Part shown: piece by piece, positions 49,890 through 62,223 of the stretch
How positions within the stretch are numbered: position 1 is the stretch's first letter
How the letters are laid out: the number at the start of each line of letters is the position of its first letter
Assembly (NCBI RefSeq): GCF_030684315.1
Contig: NC_081365.1
Span: 29,886,062 to 29,950,061 of the forward strand
Direction of reading: 5' to 3'
From: Stegostoma tigrinum
Taxonomy: Eukaryota
Length of the DNA: 64,000 bases
The notes under the pieces: model-generated
The model's database searches: none
What the model saw: only the letters and a program-made list of their open reading frames with translations
Told to the model about the DNA's origin: nothing
Position numbers and translations under genes: made by a program

Positions 49890-50942
49890 ATGGAAGAACC
49901 AGCGATTCATCAGCAGTTGGAAAGTGCCGAAAGACTGAAAAAATTCAAATACTACTTCAATGAAAAAGGGCAACTGAGGCACATTGAAACAAACGAGCCA
50001 TTTGTCTTTAAACAAAGTAATGCAACTAACTGGAGCCACCAAAGGTACAAAGCCTTTGGGACAGCTCTGGCCGAATACGTCTACGAACTATTGGAGAAAG
50101 AATGTCTGTTGAAACGAGTCTATGTTCCCATTGATGCAGCAAAGGATGACGGAAAAAGTTTCTGCTTCATGAGTGAAAGGGCTCTGACCAATTCTTCCAA
50201 ACTGATTGTTCTGCTGCAAGACCGTGGAGTGATGCGGGCTGGTACCTGGTCCCAGCAATTGATTCTGCACGATTGCTTGGACACCGGCACGCAAATCCCC
50301 TTCATTAAGAAAGCTTTAAGCGAGCGGTACGAAGTGATCGTGTTAAATTGCAATGACCGCTTTACGGCTGTTAAACAAGGCGATGACGCTGAAAAAAAGC
50401 AACTTGATTCTGATGAAAGGGAATCAAAGCTTGAACAGACACCAATGGGGGATGTTGAAAGTGTTGAAGCGTACACCACCTACATTTGGGACCAGTTTAT
50501 ATCAAAGTTTCCTGACAGGAGTGTAGCTTTTATAGCACATGGCTATGGCGGGTTGCTATTTGTGAATCTCCTAAATGAACGTAGAGATGTCATGAGCAAA
50601 GTTTATGCTGTGGCCTTCATAAACTCTGCTCATGATGCAGATCACCAAAACGTTGAGCAAGGTGGCCGGGATTGGATTGAGAAACATTGCCGTAATTGGT
50701 TGCTGAGCCCCAAGCCTCTAGACAAACCTGTCCCCTCTTTAAGGATGGGCTGCGCGCAGGTTTCTGCCGGCACTGAAAAGCCTGAGTGGGCACCCACAAC
50801 GTGCTTTCACTCTATCTTCAAGCACTTGAAGAAAGTTTCAAACATGCAGAATGCTGATCGGATCATTCGATCGCCAATCGTTACAAGAAGTTTAAGTAAG
50901 AAAACTACAGAAAGCAATAAAAGATGTAGATTTGTTGACTGA
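49890..50942 (+). CDS. FAM172B: FAM172B / Arb2-domain protein (FAM172A paralog), 350 aa, intronless CDS
   Basis: Uninterrupted ORF from aaaATGG; motifs YYFNEKGQLRHI.T.EPFVF, YVYELLEK, GTQIPFIKKA, WD.FI, AHGYGGL and VSAGT align with FAM172A; position between SENP7 and TRMT10C matches the human FAM172BP locus. Confidence 0.9.
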   Translation: MEEPAIHQQLESAERLKKFKYYFNEKGQLRHIETNEPFVFKQSNATNWSHQRYKAFGTALAEYVYELLEKECLLKRVYVPIDAAKDDGKSFCFMSERALTNSSKLIVLLQDRGVMRAGTWSQQLILHDCLDTGTQIPFIKKALSERYEVIVLNCNDRFTAVKQGDDAEKKQLDSDERESKLEQTPMGDVESVEAYTTYIWDQFISKFPDRSVAFIAHGYGGLLFVNLLNERRDVMSKVYAVAFINSAHDADHQNVEQGGRDWIEKHCRNWLLSPKPLDKPVPSLRMGCAQVSAGTEKPEWAPTTCFHSIFKHLKKVSNMQNADRIIRSPIVTRSLSKKTTESNKRCRFVD

Positions 50943-50951
50943 GCTTTGTCA

Positions 50952-50957
50952 AATAAA
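50952..50957 (+). terminator. Candidate polyadenylation signal of FAM172B
   Basis: AATAAA 9 nt after the stop codon; more distal sites are possible. Confidence 0.35.
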
Positions 50958-51687
50958 TCAATGGTATTTGATAACTTGTAAGCCCTCTACAACAGAAACG
51001 TGTTTCTCCACTGATGTTTTCTCTAGCGTGTTTTAAGCTTTCTAGCTACACATTATTTTGCTTTATGAATGCTATGCAATGACTTGTGCACTTAGGAACA
51101 CTATTTTTGTGCGCAGGCTAAATTTCAAGCTAACCAACGAAGATTTTTTTTACTTCGCGGTGACTATACATTCGAGAGACGGTTTTTTTTTTGTTTTGCA
51201 GCGTTCTTCTGATCGGTCAGATCATGCCAGTTAATATCTGTGGCCTATTGCTGCATACGGGAGCCTGGGTGGTGGGGCAGCTATTTAAAACATCGAATTT
51301 TCGATCTTTTCAACACTACCCTCTACAAAGCAATTAAAGCTTTCTGTAGTGCGACTTACATGAATGTTCAACGAATTCTTGACTGTCCTCCTAAGAATAC
51401 ACCCAGTAGTATAATAATGTATTTCGATACCAGGAACTTTGTCCGATCGCATTGTTAGCTGCCATCGAATTGGTATGTGAGTGGTTTAATGTGAACTTCG
51501 ACGATTTTTCTTTCTTGATTTTCATAGTAAGTCACTTATATGGTCTTTTAATTTTTATTTTTTTGGTCAGTGGTCTAGTGTGTATCTAAATCGTGTCACA
51601 GGCCACAATAACGTTGAAGAACTGGGCAGCTTAATTATAGAATAGTCTCTGATGCATTCATTGTCTCTATGGTGTAGTTCTAATTTT

Positions 51688-51969
51688 GGGCGGCACGGTG
51701 GCGCTGTGGTTACCACTGCTGCCTCCAGCATTAGGGACCCAGGTTCCATTCCAACCTCGGGCAACTGTCTGTGTGGAGTTTGCAGTGTCCCCCGTATCTG
51801 TGTGCGTTTCCTCCCCTACACACCTTGTGGACTGGCCGTGCAAAATTGCCCATAGTGTTCAGGGAGGTGTAGATTAGGTGGGTTACAAGGGGATGGGTCT
51901 GGGTGGGATGTCCTGAGGTTCTGTGTGGACTTGTTGAGCCAAAGGGCCTGTTTCCACACTAGGGATTCT
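51688..51969 (+). mobile_element. tRNA-derived SINE (HE1/V-SINE-like)
   Basis: gggcggcacggtggcgctgtgg A-box, ggttccattcc B-box, tail gggcctgtttccacactagggattct. Confidence 0.8.
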
Positions 51970-53174
51970 TAAAAACTGCACACAGTGCTCCTGAAGAGGC
52001 CTCAATGTTCTGAACGTAACTTCCATACTCAAAAGGACTGAGCAATGAAGGCAAGCATGCTGAATGCCACCTTTTAACCAACCTCTCTACCTGTGTTGCA
52101 AATTTAAGAATTATGTACCTGAACCTCCTTTGAGTCTCGGTTCTACAACACTTCCAAGAGCCCTACCATTCGTTGCATAAGCACTGATATTGTTTGTATT
52201 ACCAAATCCTGGAGAAGCTGTCTCTTTTGGAATCCCTTTAATCAGGAATCCACCTACAATTAACCTTCAGGACTGGCTTCAAAAACAAATAAAGCTTGTT
52301 TGGTTTCTTTTCCAACAGCCCCTTTTCCTCACCACAAACTATTCTAATGTACATGATTAATTTCCAGCTGCAATTCTAGTTCGATTAAAACATTGAAACC
52401 ACAAAATTGAGGTGAGGATTCTTACACAATGTTTGCAATATTGTACTTTTACCTTCAAATGTGAAGTTGGTTAGAAGAACCACAATAAAATAAAAAAATT
52501 ATGGAATACATTTTAATTGCACGCAAGGTGAACAAAGATCATTGTGCTCCAATTGCTGCATACCTGGCAAACAAAATCTTCTCTGATCTATGTTGAGTTA
52601 ACTGAAACCAGCTGGCTCAGTGGTAAGGGGTTTTACACCTTGCCCCATCTACAGTCTGAAGGAAGCACCAAATTGTTGTTCATGACTTAGTGATAGAACA
52701 TATGCATGTGTCATACAAAGAGACAGGTGTGTGAGGACAAGATTAGGTTAGAACATTGTGCCTCTGCTGATTAAATAATTTGGAAACAGTAGGATCGCAC
52801 TTGATTAGTCATCTTCTCAATGCATCACAAAATTACATCCTGAACCACATGTCTGTATGAGCAACCTTATTCGGGACAGTAAAATAACATTGAGGGGAGA
52901 AAACCACCACCAGTTGGCGTGTCTGTTGACACTTTATATCCATACATTAGAACTGTGTATGGCGTGCTAGAATGTGGGTTCAAGCCACCTTCCAGCAGTA
53001 AGTACTTCTGCTCCATAGGAAAACTTGGAGATTGTGTTTTTTTTTCATTCACCAAGGAGCATGAGCTTACATGTGGGTTAGAAACCTACCACCTTAGCAT
53101 GGGAATGATGTGTAAGTGAAGAAACCGTATTTCTCCTTCCCATTGAAATTATGACTTCTTTTCCATATACAGGG

Positions 53175-53180
53175 TTTATT
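53175..53180 (-). terminator. Candidate polyadenylation signal of TXNL4B
   Basis: AATAAA on the minus strand ~385 nt after the stop codon. Confidence 0.4.
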
Positions 53181-53563
53181 TCTTAGATATATATTTTTAA
53201 ATAAAAAGCTTGGAAAATCTCCTGTCCCGAGAATTCCTGTCAAGTGCTAATTGGGAAAACACCAATTGTCAGTGAAATAAAGTAATTTTCCAAAGCTAAT
53301 CTTTAAGGCAAGTTTGTGGTGGCAGACCTGCCAATGAGCGGAGATTTGCAGCTGCAGAAAACTGAAATTTTACACAATAGGGGAGCATAACTCTTCGTGT
53401 GGAGTCCATTCATCATGATTCTTACAAGAAATTTCTCATCAATTCATGTTGTGGACTATCCACTTTGCATCAAATCTCAATACTCTTCAACAACTGGACA
53501 GTTGATGTCTTGAAATTGCATTCTGTTCAAGTATTTGCAAAACACAGCACACTGTCAATCCAT

Positions 53564-53729
53564 TTAGATGCCATGATAAAGAAGGTCATACTTTGGGACA
53601 TTCCTTGGATCAATAGGGCTGTGTACTATTAGCTTTCCTCGCATTGCTCCTCGGAATATTACTTCAATTAAATCTATGAAGTCTTGCTTTGTTTTGAAAC
53701 ACCCAATAAACTTTGTATGATCTGGAGAC
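53564..53729 (-). CDS. TXNL4B: TXNL4B coding exon 3
   Basis: Acceptor ttttgttttag; (G)[54 protein letters not shown]. Confidence 0.95.
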
Positions 53730-53999
53730 CTAAAACAAAACAGAATAGAAACACATTTTTACCAATGTTCGCAATTTTACTTTCAAAAATCCAATGGAAT
53801 TAAATGATTCATGTTAATATACTTATAAATAGCAAGAAGACGCGAAGCAGGATTGGGCTATGTTGCAATCAGCTGGGACTAAGTTGGGAATTTACACACA
53901 GAGGTTCAGGGCTCAAGGTACTAAATTAATAATTTCTATCACACTTTCCCAAGGAAGAACACGTTGCCCAGATGAAAGACAATGTTCAGAGATTGGAAA

Positions 54000-56800
54000 A
54001 GTTTCAAACTGATGAGGCTGTCTGTACTTAAATTTGATAAGTCACTAGAATCACCCAAATATAGAAGCAAATGAGAGTGGAAATTACAGAGGCATTGGTA
54101 TAATTTTTCAGTCCTCCTTATACACTGGAGTGGGGGTAGTGCCAGATGTCTTCAGAATTACAAATGCTATACATTTGTTTAAAAGGGTGTAGAAATAAAC
54201 CCAACAAGTGCAAGTCAGTAAGTCTATCTTTGGTAGTGGAGAAGCTTCTGAAACAATAACTCTCAACAAAATTAATAGCTGTTTGGGCAGAATAGGTGAA
54301 TAAAGGAAAGCCATTTTGGATTTGAAAGGGGAAAATCATGTTCAACTAATGTTCTGAAGTTTTTTAAAGAAATAAAAGAAAGAGAGTTGGCGAGGATAAT
54401 GTTGTTTAATGTGTACAGGGACTTCCAAAAGGAATTTGATATAATACGACAAAACAATGTCAGCAAACCTATAGCTCAGGGAATAAAAGGCACAGTAACA
54501 ACATTGATATGAAATTGACCTAGTAACCAGAAACCGGGAATTGTGGTTAACATTTTTTTTCAGACTGGAAGAAGCTTAGTAGACAAATTTCCAAGGGTTT
54601 AATGTTTGGCCCTTGCTTTCCTATATATATTGACGACCTAGACATTTGTATACAGGAAACAATATCAGATTTTGAGGATATGATATAATTTGTGAATTGT
54701 GGCGAGCATAGAATACAGCTGAAATAGGTCAAAGAGACAAGTTGGTGAAAATGAAAGTCAGTGCACAGAAATGGGAAGTGATTCATTTTGTTAGGAAGAA
54801 TGTGGAAAGACAATATAAAAGAGTTCAATAATAAAAGCAATACAGGAGCAAAGGGATCTGGGTATTTTTGTCATAAGTCATTGAAAGCAGTAAGACAGTG
54901 TGACCCAGTGGGAATAAAGTTTGACTTGATTTATTATTGTCACATGTACTGAGATATAGTGAAAAGTACTTTTTGCATGCTATTCAAACAAATCACAACT
55001 TACATAAGTACATCAGGGTAACAGAATGCAGAATAAAATGCTACAACTAACAGAAGGTGCAGTGAAAGATCAACTCTCATAAAAGAGAGGTCTGTTCATA
55101 AGTCTGATAACAGCGGGGGACAAGTTGTTCCTGAATCTGTTGGTATGTGTTTTCAAACTTTACTAGCTCCTGCCCAATGGAAGAGGGTAGAAGAGAGTAC
55201 AAGTGGGATGGGAGGGGTCTTGGATTATGTTGGCTGCTTTCCTGAGACACTGAAAAGTGCAGACGGAATTATGAAAGGAAGGCTGATTTTTTGTGACGGA
55301 CTGGGGTGTGTTTACAACTCCCTGTGACTTCCTGCAATCTTGGGGAAAGCAGTTGCCATATCAAGCGGTGATACATTCAGAAAACATGCTTTCTATGGTG
55401 CATCGATAAAAATTGGTAAGATCATTGTGAACATGGCGAGTTTCCTTAGCCTGACAAAGTAGAAGCATTGGTGGACTTTCTTGACTGTAGTGCGATATGG
55501 ATGGACCAGGACAGATTGGTAATATTTACTCCTAGGAACTTCAAACTCTTGACCATCTCCACCTCAGCACCATTGATACAGAGTTATGTCCTCCACCCCT
55601 CTTCCTGAAGCCTATGACTAGCTCCATCATCTTGCTGACATTGAGGGAGAACTTGTCGTCTTTACAACATACCACTAAGCTCTTGCTCTCTTTTCTGCAC
55701 TCTGTCACATCGTTGTTTGAGATCTGACCCACTCCAGGGGTGTCATCAGCAAATTTGTAAATGGAATTACAGCCGAATTTGGCCACACAGTTGTCTGTGC
55801 AAGAAGTAATAGTAAGGGACTGAGTATTCAGCCTTGTGGGGCACTGGTGTTGAGGATTTTTGTGGATGAAGTGGTGTCGCCTATCCTTACCGATCTAGTA
55901 CTTACTCCACTCTGGCTGATATCATGCCGAGTCAAGAAACTGAGTGTGTGCAAGCTGTAGGAACAAGGCTTCAAGCAATGCTGTGTATTTGGTGGTATAA
56001 CACATACATCTCAGGTAGAGTCCTGATTTATAGAAATTATTGGCTGATTGCAATGAGGTAAATGGGGCAATGCCTGAGATTAATAATAGCATTTGATAAG
56101 ATGGCATTTGAAGATGCAATCACTAATCTTGACCATTCATGTGAGGTCACTGAACTTTCTGCAATGCTACATTCTCTGTAATCTTCTCCAACTCAGAAGT
56201 GTGCTAGGTGAGCTTCCTGCAGATATAGCAAATTTCCAGGAGGGTCAGGAAGTCAAGGGTCAAGCTGCAGAAAATGCAGCAGAGTCCTAGGTCACAGAGT
56301 TTAGAGACGAGTTTGATTGGAATTATCGTTTTGAAGGTGGAGCTAAAATCAATAAGTTACAGTCTTATGTGGGAGTCCTTGATATCCAAATGTTCCAAGG
56401 ATGAGTGTTTACAGTATCCTGGACTTTATTAACAGGGGTACAGAATACAAATGGGAGGAGGTTATGTTAAATTTGTATCAACTATTGGATCAGCCTCAAC
56501 TGGATTACTGCATCCCCCATGGACTCTACATGTTAGGGAAAATGTAAAGGCGTTACAGAGAGTGCACAGAGGATTCACAAGAATGGTTCCAGGAATGAGG
56601 AGCTTCCAGAATGTAGATAGATTGAAGAAATTAGGACTATTTTCCATGGAGGAGGTTAAGTGAAGATTGGTTGTAGTATTCAAAATCATGAATGGTGGTG
56701 ATGAAGTAAAACTGTTTCCACTGTTGTAAGAATTGAGAATGAGAGGGTACACATTTAAGGTAATTGGCAAAAGAGGCAATGGAGACACGAGGTTGACTGG
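54000..56800 (+). mobile_element. CR1-like LINE remnant (54000-54920 and 56405-56800) split by an antisense LINE
   Basis: DFQKEFD, YIDDLD and ALQRVHRGFTRMVPGM..RLKKLGLFSME motifs on either side of the insertion. Confidence 0.7.
54921..56405 (-). mobile_element. Rex1/Babar-like LINE fragment
   Basis: SIYKFADDTPGVGQISNND...LNVSKMMELVIGFRK (ORF 55541..55786). Confidence 0.75.
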
Positions 56801-57156
56801 GTTTCGAGAAGAAAATGTTTCCTGGAGACAACAGAATCAAAGATGGTAGTGTGGCAGTGTTAAAATATGTTTAATGCCACTGAAATAGGGACAACTTAAG
56901 ATAAGATTTAACAGATTAAAAGGTAAAATGCGAGCATCGGCAGAATTATGGATATTGAAGAGTTGCTAACAATTAAGAGCAAAGATTTCAAGCAGTCATT
57001 TTCAATAGAGAAACTGTTTATTGGCTAATTTTAATTAATTGTTACCCCTATCAGAAAAGGCGAATAGAAATAGTGTTTCTTCACTCCATATTGATCAAGA
57101 TATTTAACACAACAAATCAACATCGACAAACATTTTTGTAAAGCAAAATATCTTAC

Positions 57157-57308
57157 CCATAGTCCACCTTCATATGTTGGCCATTGAAGAAAAAAACTGT
57201 GGAAGGAATGTAACTGATGTCAAAGTAGCGAGTGTATATAGGCACACTGTCAACATCCACCAGGTAAATAGCTGCCATTTTACTCAGGTCATGAGCAGTT
57301 TTTGAAAG
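57157..57308 (-). CDS. TXNL4B: TXNL4B coding exon 2
   Basis: Acceptor ttgtttcactag, donor tgg|gtaaga; 152 nt; LSKTAHDLSKMAAIYLVDVDSVPIYTRYFDISYIPSTVFFFNGQHMKVDY(G). Confidence 0.96.
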
Positions 57309-57671
57309 CTAGTGAAACAAAGGTGAAAAAAAACTTGATATTGAGACTATAATCAAGATAATTATTTTGCCTCGGAAGGAAAACTAGTGTAAACATGTTC
57401 ACCAGATTTAAACAATAGGCTTTGACAAATCAGATCAGGTTTGAAGAGACTGAAATTATGTTTCCTATATCTTGTTCTTTGTGACAAGAGAGTTTATAGA
57501 CTTTCTCAGTCTTACTCCTCATTCTACATCAGCATCACAGGTGCTTCATAGTATGTGCTCAAACAATTAATACCCATTACCTGTTTCTTAAACTTAAAAA
57601 AAATAACATTGAGATTAACTAGACATTAATAACCTGCTGAATTAACAATAAGAAAAAAAAACATAGTTCAT

Positions 57672-58165
57672 TATATGAAGGATGTGGAAACTTTGGAAAG
57701 GGTGCAGAGGAGATTTACTAGGATGTTGCCTGGTATGGAGGGAAGGTCTTACAAGGAAAGGCTGAGGGACTTGAGGCTGTTTTCATTAGATAGAAGAAGG
57801 TTGAGAGGTGACTTAATTGAAACATACAAAATAATCAGAGGGTCAGATAGGGTGGATAGGGAGAGCCTTTTTCCTAGGATGGTGATGGCAAGCACGAGGG
57901 GGCACAGCTTTAAATTGAGGGGTGAAAGATATAGGACAGATGTCAGAGGTAGTTTCTTTACTCAGAGTAGTAAGGGAATGGAACGCTTTGCCTGCAACGG
58001 TAGTAGGTTCGCCAACTTTAGGTACATTTAAGTCATCATTGGACAAGCATATGGACGTACATGGAATAGTGTAGGTTAGATGGGCTTGAGATCGGTATGA
58101 CAGGTCGGCACAACAGAGGGCCGAAGGGCCTGTACTGTGCTGTTATGTTCTATGTTCTATGTTCT
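57672..58165 (+). mobile_element. Relatively young CR1-like (HER1-type) LINE 3' end
   Basis: Open KDVETLERVQRRFTRMLPGM..RRRLRGDLIETYKI..TRGHSFKL; (TTCTATG)n tail. Confidence 0.9.
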
Positions 58166-59613
58166 TATCTCAGCATATATTTCAGCAATTGTTTTGTATT
58201 GGCAAAGATCAAGAAGGTATCTCAAATCAAAATTTTGCATAGAATCTTGTTTCAGGGAACATAAAGAGAATTATCTCAAAAATGGAATGTATTCCTTTGA
58301 CTGCACACATTTCAAGAGCTGCTTCACTTACTTCTGAGGGTATTTTGAGGGAATAATTTTACATTTAGATAAATTTTATTCACATTTATAAATTTATTTA
58401 TGTGTATTTTATTATCTATAATCAACTTCTTGTACCTTGATATAATTTGCCAACAGATCCTCAAGTTTGATTCACTGAGGAATTTATGTATCTTAAATTA
58501 CAAGAACAAATCTTGAAAGATTAGCTACCAAAGAATCATTTTTCAAGTTATTTTCAATACATTTATCATTGTTGTCATTAAACCAGTTTTATTTGTTTTT
58601 CAGCAAGTTTGTGTTGTCAATGCGTTCCAACTTGCAGGTGACAATATGCATGAAATATTTTCCCATCAATATTTTCCTCTGCCAAAAGGTATTCAAGTAT
58701 GTCCTTCTGAACATTTAAAAATTTAAACATGCAAACTTAACTTCCAGCAAACTCATTGAGGTGTCCTTATGCAGCACGTTATGGATCAGTATTTAAATTA
58801 ACAACATATATTTATGTTGCAGAATTACATAGTTAAATATCCTAAGGTTCTTCACAGTAGGTAACAAACGCCACGGAACAGAAGTCAATATTAGGACAGA
58901 TGAACAAATGCTTGGTCAATGAGATAGGTTTTGAGGAGTAACTTATAAGAGGCAAAGAAGGAAAGAAAAGGGTAGGGAAAATCCAGTGCATAGATTTAGG
59001 TTAAAGTCACAAAAAAGCTAAAACTGGAGGGGTACAGGCCACAGTACTCCATAAGTAGTTGGGATTGGGAAAGGTCACAGAGATTGGGATGTATGAAGTC
59101 ATAGAAGCATTTGAAAGCAAAGAATTTACATCTGTGGTTGTATTGTAGTGGCAACAAATTAGTTCAGCAATAATTTGGGTTTAATCATCTCATCATCTCA
59201 AATCTTAAAACATAACAATCTATTTTAAAATGCAGTGTCTGATTAAACAAACATTACCTGCATGCGCCACCACAGTACAATAAACACAAGATACACTTAA
59301 TCTCTTTAGTGTTTTCAGCACTTTTGGAAATTGTACTATTTTCTTTCCGAATAGTTTTCCTGAATAACAATGAAGTGTTAATTTACATAGCACCTCATTC
59401 GAGAAGTTGCATTTACAATTTCGTGATTAAAAGTCAAGAAACATTGTGGGCTGAAGGGCCTGTTCTGTGCTGTACTGTTCTATGTTCTATGTTCTAATTC
59501 TACCAACTGAACCAAGCTGATTCTACAAAGTATTTTCCCTGCTAACAATGAACGCAATTCAGAATAAGCCAACAGAAGCAACTTTGTTAATTATGTTTGG
59601 TAACAACTCTTAC

Positions 59614-59745
59614 AATTTCATCCAGTTGTAAACACACTGGGTCCTGATCACGACCGAAACGCAGAACCAGTACCCTCTCTGCTACGGTCTTTATAACGTG
59701 GTCAACGTCTTTCTTAGTTTGTAACTTTGGCAGCAAGAAGCTCAT
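59614..59745 (-). CDS. TXNL4B: TXNL4B (Dim2, thioredoxin-like 4B) coding exon 1
   Basis: MSFLLPKLQTKKDVDHVIKTVAERVLVLRFGRDQDPVCLQLDEI, donor att|gtaaga; the three exons total 132+152+166=450 nt, i.e. 149 aa plus stop. Confidence 0.96.
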
Positions 59746-60383
59746 TTTCTCCACGTTCAAGGGAAACGCGAATCGAAAAAAAAAGTTAAATCAAAATTCA
59801 CAAGCGACATAGGCGGGGAAAGCCAGCCACGAACCGGATGTAAACTGTCACAGGACTACTTCAAAACAATTCCCCAGAAACACAAAAGCAAGAATTAGCA
59901 AAGCACTGCTATGTAGTAGTTATGCAGCGTGATTAAAAAAAGCCTCAACGTTTGCCATGTATTATTCGATAATAAATGACATTACAAAGTAATGCAAGTT
60001 ATAAACACTCTGCGGGTGAACAAGGATTGGAAATTGAAGGATGCGTAAATTGAATTGGGCGCATGCAACATTATTTTTAATATTATCCCAGCAGTGTTTT
60101 ATGACATCGGTTGCTAATGACTAAAAGTAAAATCTTACAAATCACCAGCCATTTTATGATTTTAAAACTGTGCTTTAAATACGAGTCTGCATTTTTCATG
60201 TGTAGTGCTAGTTTCTTTAATGTATAGGAAAGGATGAGTTAAGGAAGTATGGAAAGAGACGGACAGGTGCTGGGTGACCTTCCCCTTCATTCAGACGGCT
60301 GCAGTTTGTGTGAATTAGATCCGGGCAAGGTTCTAGACCACGTTCCAAATCTGAATTTCGTACCGGACTTCATTCTTTCTTCC
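59746..60383. promoter_or_regulatory. Bidirectional TXNL4B/TRMT10C promoter region, including probable TRMT10C 5' UTR exon ending at 60383
   Basis: Divergent genes; CpG enrichment; GGCGGG 59812-59817, CCGGAT 59834-59839, NRF1-like GCGCATGC 60059-60066; donor tcc|gtaagt at 60383 and acceptor ..aacag at 60847. Confidence 0.65.
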
Positions 60384-60927
60384 GTAAGTTCGCAGGTGTT
60401 GTTTATTGTGCAATCTCTACTGTTGGGTATCGTTTGTTTGTTCGTACATTCATTTATGGTGTATTAATGTAATTGAAATTCAAATACTCTGTATGCATCC
60501 CTGCAGCCCGAACAAGGCGGGTTCTTGAAATTAACCCAGTGGCAGAGGCACCCGTTGGAAAGCCCATCTGCAATGATGTTAATTGCGGAAAGGATCATAC
60601 TGTGAGCTCAAATTGAAAAAAAAATCCGTTTTATTATGATACTATCCAGCAAGGTCTCTCTATAAAGAAGGAATGTAGAAAATTGGGAGGGAAGGAAAAG
60701 TGTGCTATGTGCATTCGTTTAACACTGCTGTGGTTTTGAGAAAATTAAGAGCTTTGTGTTTCAGTACAAACAGATTTGTCAAGAAATGATATTTAACTTG
60801 GAAAACATATTTAATAATCCATCTAATTTTTTTTCTAATAACAACAGGTTTTTAACATTTCGTGGGATTTATTTGAACGTTGTGGAGACTGTTTTTCAGC
60901 AATTTTTGTATTTTCTTGGAACTTATT

Positions 60928-62223
60928 ATGTGGCTCCGTGTTGCCCATTTTTTCCAAACTTTTGCTGGTCTGCAATTAAAGACTTGTGTGAAGAATAAAG
61001 TGCCTTTAATCAAGTGTCAATTTATGCCACCCCACAGGACACTAGTTTTAACATCATGCATAAAGAATGAGGAGAAAAAAGTCAGCCCTGATAAATTAGA
61101 CTTGGATATTTGGAAGACTGTTATGAAAGAAACTGCATTAGAAACTCCCAACCTGTGCCCCTCTGAAGATCCTGTGGACTCATTCTCTGCTGCTACAAGA
61201 GAATTGGTTCAAATGTGGCGACTGGCTGGGAAAGCTGTGCCAGAGAACCTAACTGAGGAGCAGCTGACCATTGTTCAAGAACTACCTTCCAAATCTGCAA
61301 AGAAAAAATATCTCAAGTATCTAGCAATCAAAGAAGGCAAAAAGAAAGCAACAAAGGAGAAACAAAAAATAAAACAAGAACAAGCAAAGTATCAAAAGGA
61401 AAAAGAAAATGAAGGAGGAATTGAATTAAGGAACACATTTCTTTTGCAATTCTGGCAGCGGTCTTTTGATGTAATGTACAATTGGAGGGCTGCTCAGTCT
61501 ATGATGTTTGGTCAGCCACTGATATTTGATATGAGTTATGAAAGCTACATGGCACGGCGAGAAATGGAGAACACTATCTCTCAGCTACTAGAGTGTGAGG
61601 GGTTCAACAGAAGATCTTTAGACCCATTCCACTTATATTTTTGTAACATGATCCCAGAGGGATCATATCATAAGGAGTTTTTGAAACGTTATGGGGATGC
61701 CTGGGATAGACTCTTGATAACGGTAACAGAAAAGTCATATGTTGACGTTTTTCCCAAAGACAAGCTTGTGTATTTAACTGCGGATTCACCTTCTGTATTG
61801 AAGAGTTTTCAGCATGATAAAATCTACATCATTGGGTCGGTTGTTGATAAGTCAATTCAGACAGGATTGTCCCTTGCAAACGCAAAGCGTTTAAAGTTGG
61901 CAACAGCACGCCTTCCTTTGGATGAGTATTTGAAGTGGGATGTTGGTGCAAAAAACCTTACATTAAATCAAATGATCAGCATTTTGCTTACTGTGAAAGA
62001 CACTGGTAACTGGCAAGAAGCTCTCAAATTTGTTCCAAAAAGAAAGCATGAAGGATTTTTACCAATTCCAGAACAGAAGTACTGCAATCAATCTAAAAGT
62101 TACCAGAACAAGACAAGAATCGACAAGGGACCAATAAAGAAAACCAGGAGGCAAAAGTCAACTTTAAGTCAAGGTGTAGAAAGATCATCAGACAGGAAAA
62201 GATGGTGGCTGGAGGAAGATTAA
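60928..62223 (+). CDS. TRMT10C: tRNA methyltransferase 10 homolog C (mitochondrial RNase P protein 1), 431 aa, single coding exon
   Basis: First in-frame ATG at 60928, basic presequence-like N-terminus; motifs QSMMFGQPLIFDM, DPFHLYFCN, VYLTADSP, YIIGSVVDK, ATARLPLD and W.EALKFVP of the Trm10 SPOUT domain. Confidence 0.96.
   Translation: MWLRVAHFFQTFAGLQLKTCVKNKVPLIKCQFMPPHRTLVLTSCIKNEEKKVSPDKLDLDIWKTVMKETALETPNLCPSEDPVDSFSAATRELVQMWRLAGKAVPENLTEEQLTIVQELPSKSAKKKYLKYLAIKEGKKKATKEKQKIKQEQAKYQKEKENEGGIELRNTFLLQFWQRSFDVMYNWRAAQSMMFGQPLIFDMSYESYMARREMENTISQLLECEGFNRRSLDPFHLYFCNMIPEGSYHKEFLKRYGDAWDRLLITVTEKSYVDVFPKDKLVYLTADSPSVLKSFQHDKIYIIGSVVDKSIQTGLSLANAKRLKLATARLPLDEYLKWDVGAKNLTLNQMISILLTVKDTGNWQEALKFVPKRKHEGFLPIPEQKYCNQSKSYQNKTRIDKGPIKKTRRQKSTLSQGVERSSDRKRWWLEED

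Noticed and set aside
60880-60927. ORF-track N-terminal extension of TRMT10C
   Set aside because: Non-ATG start; the first ATG is at 60928, downstream of the probable 5' UTR intron.
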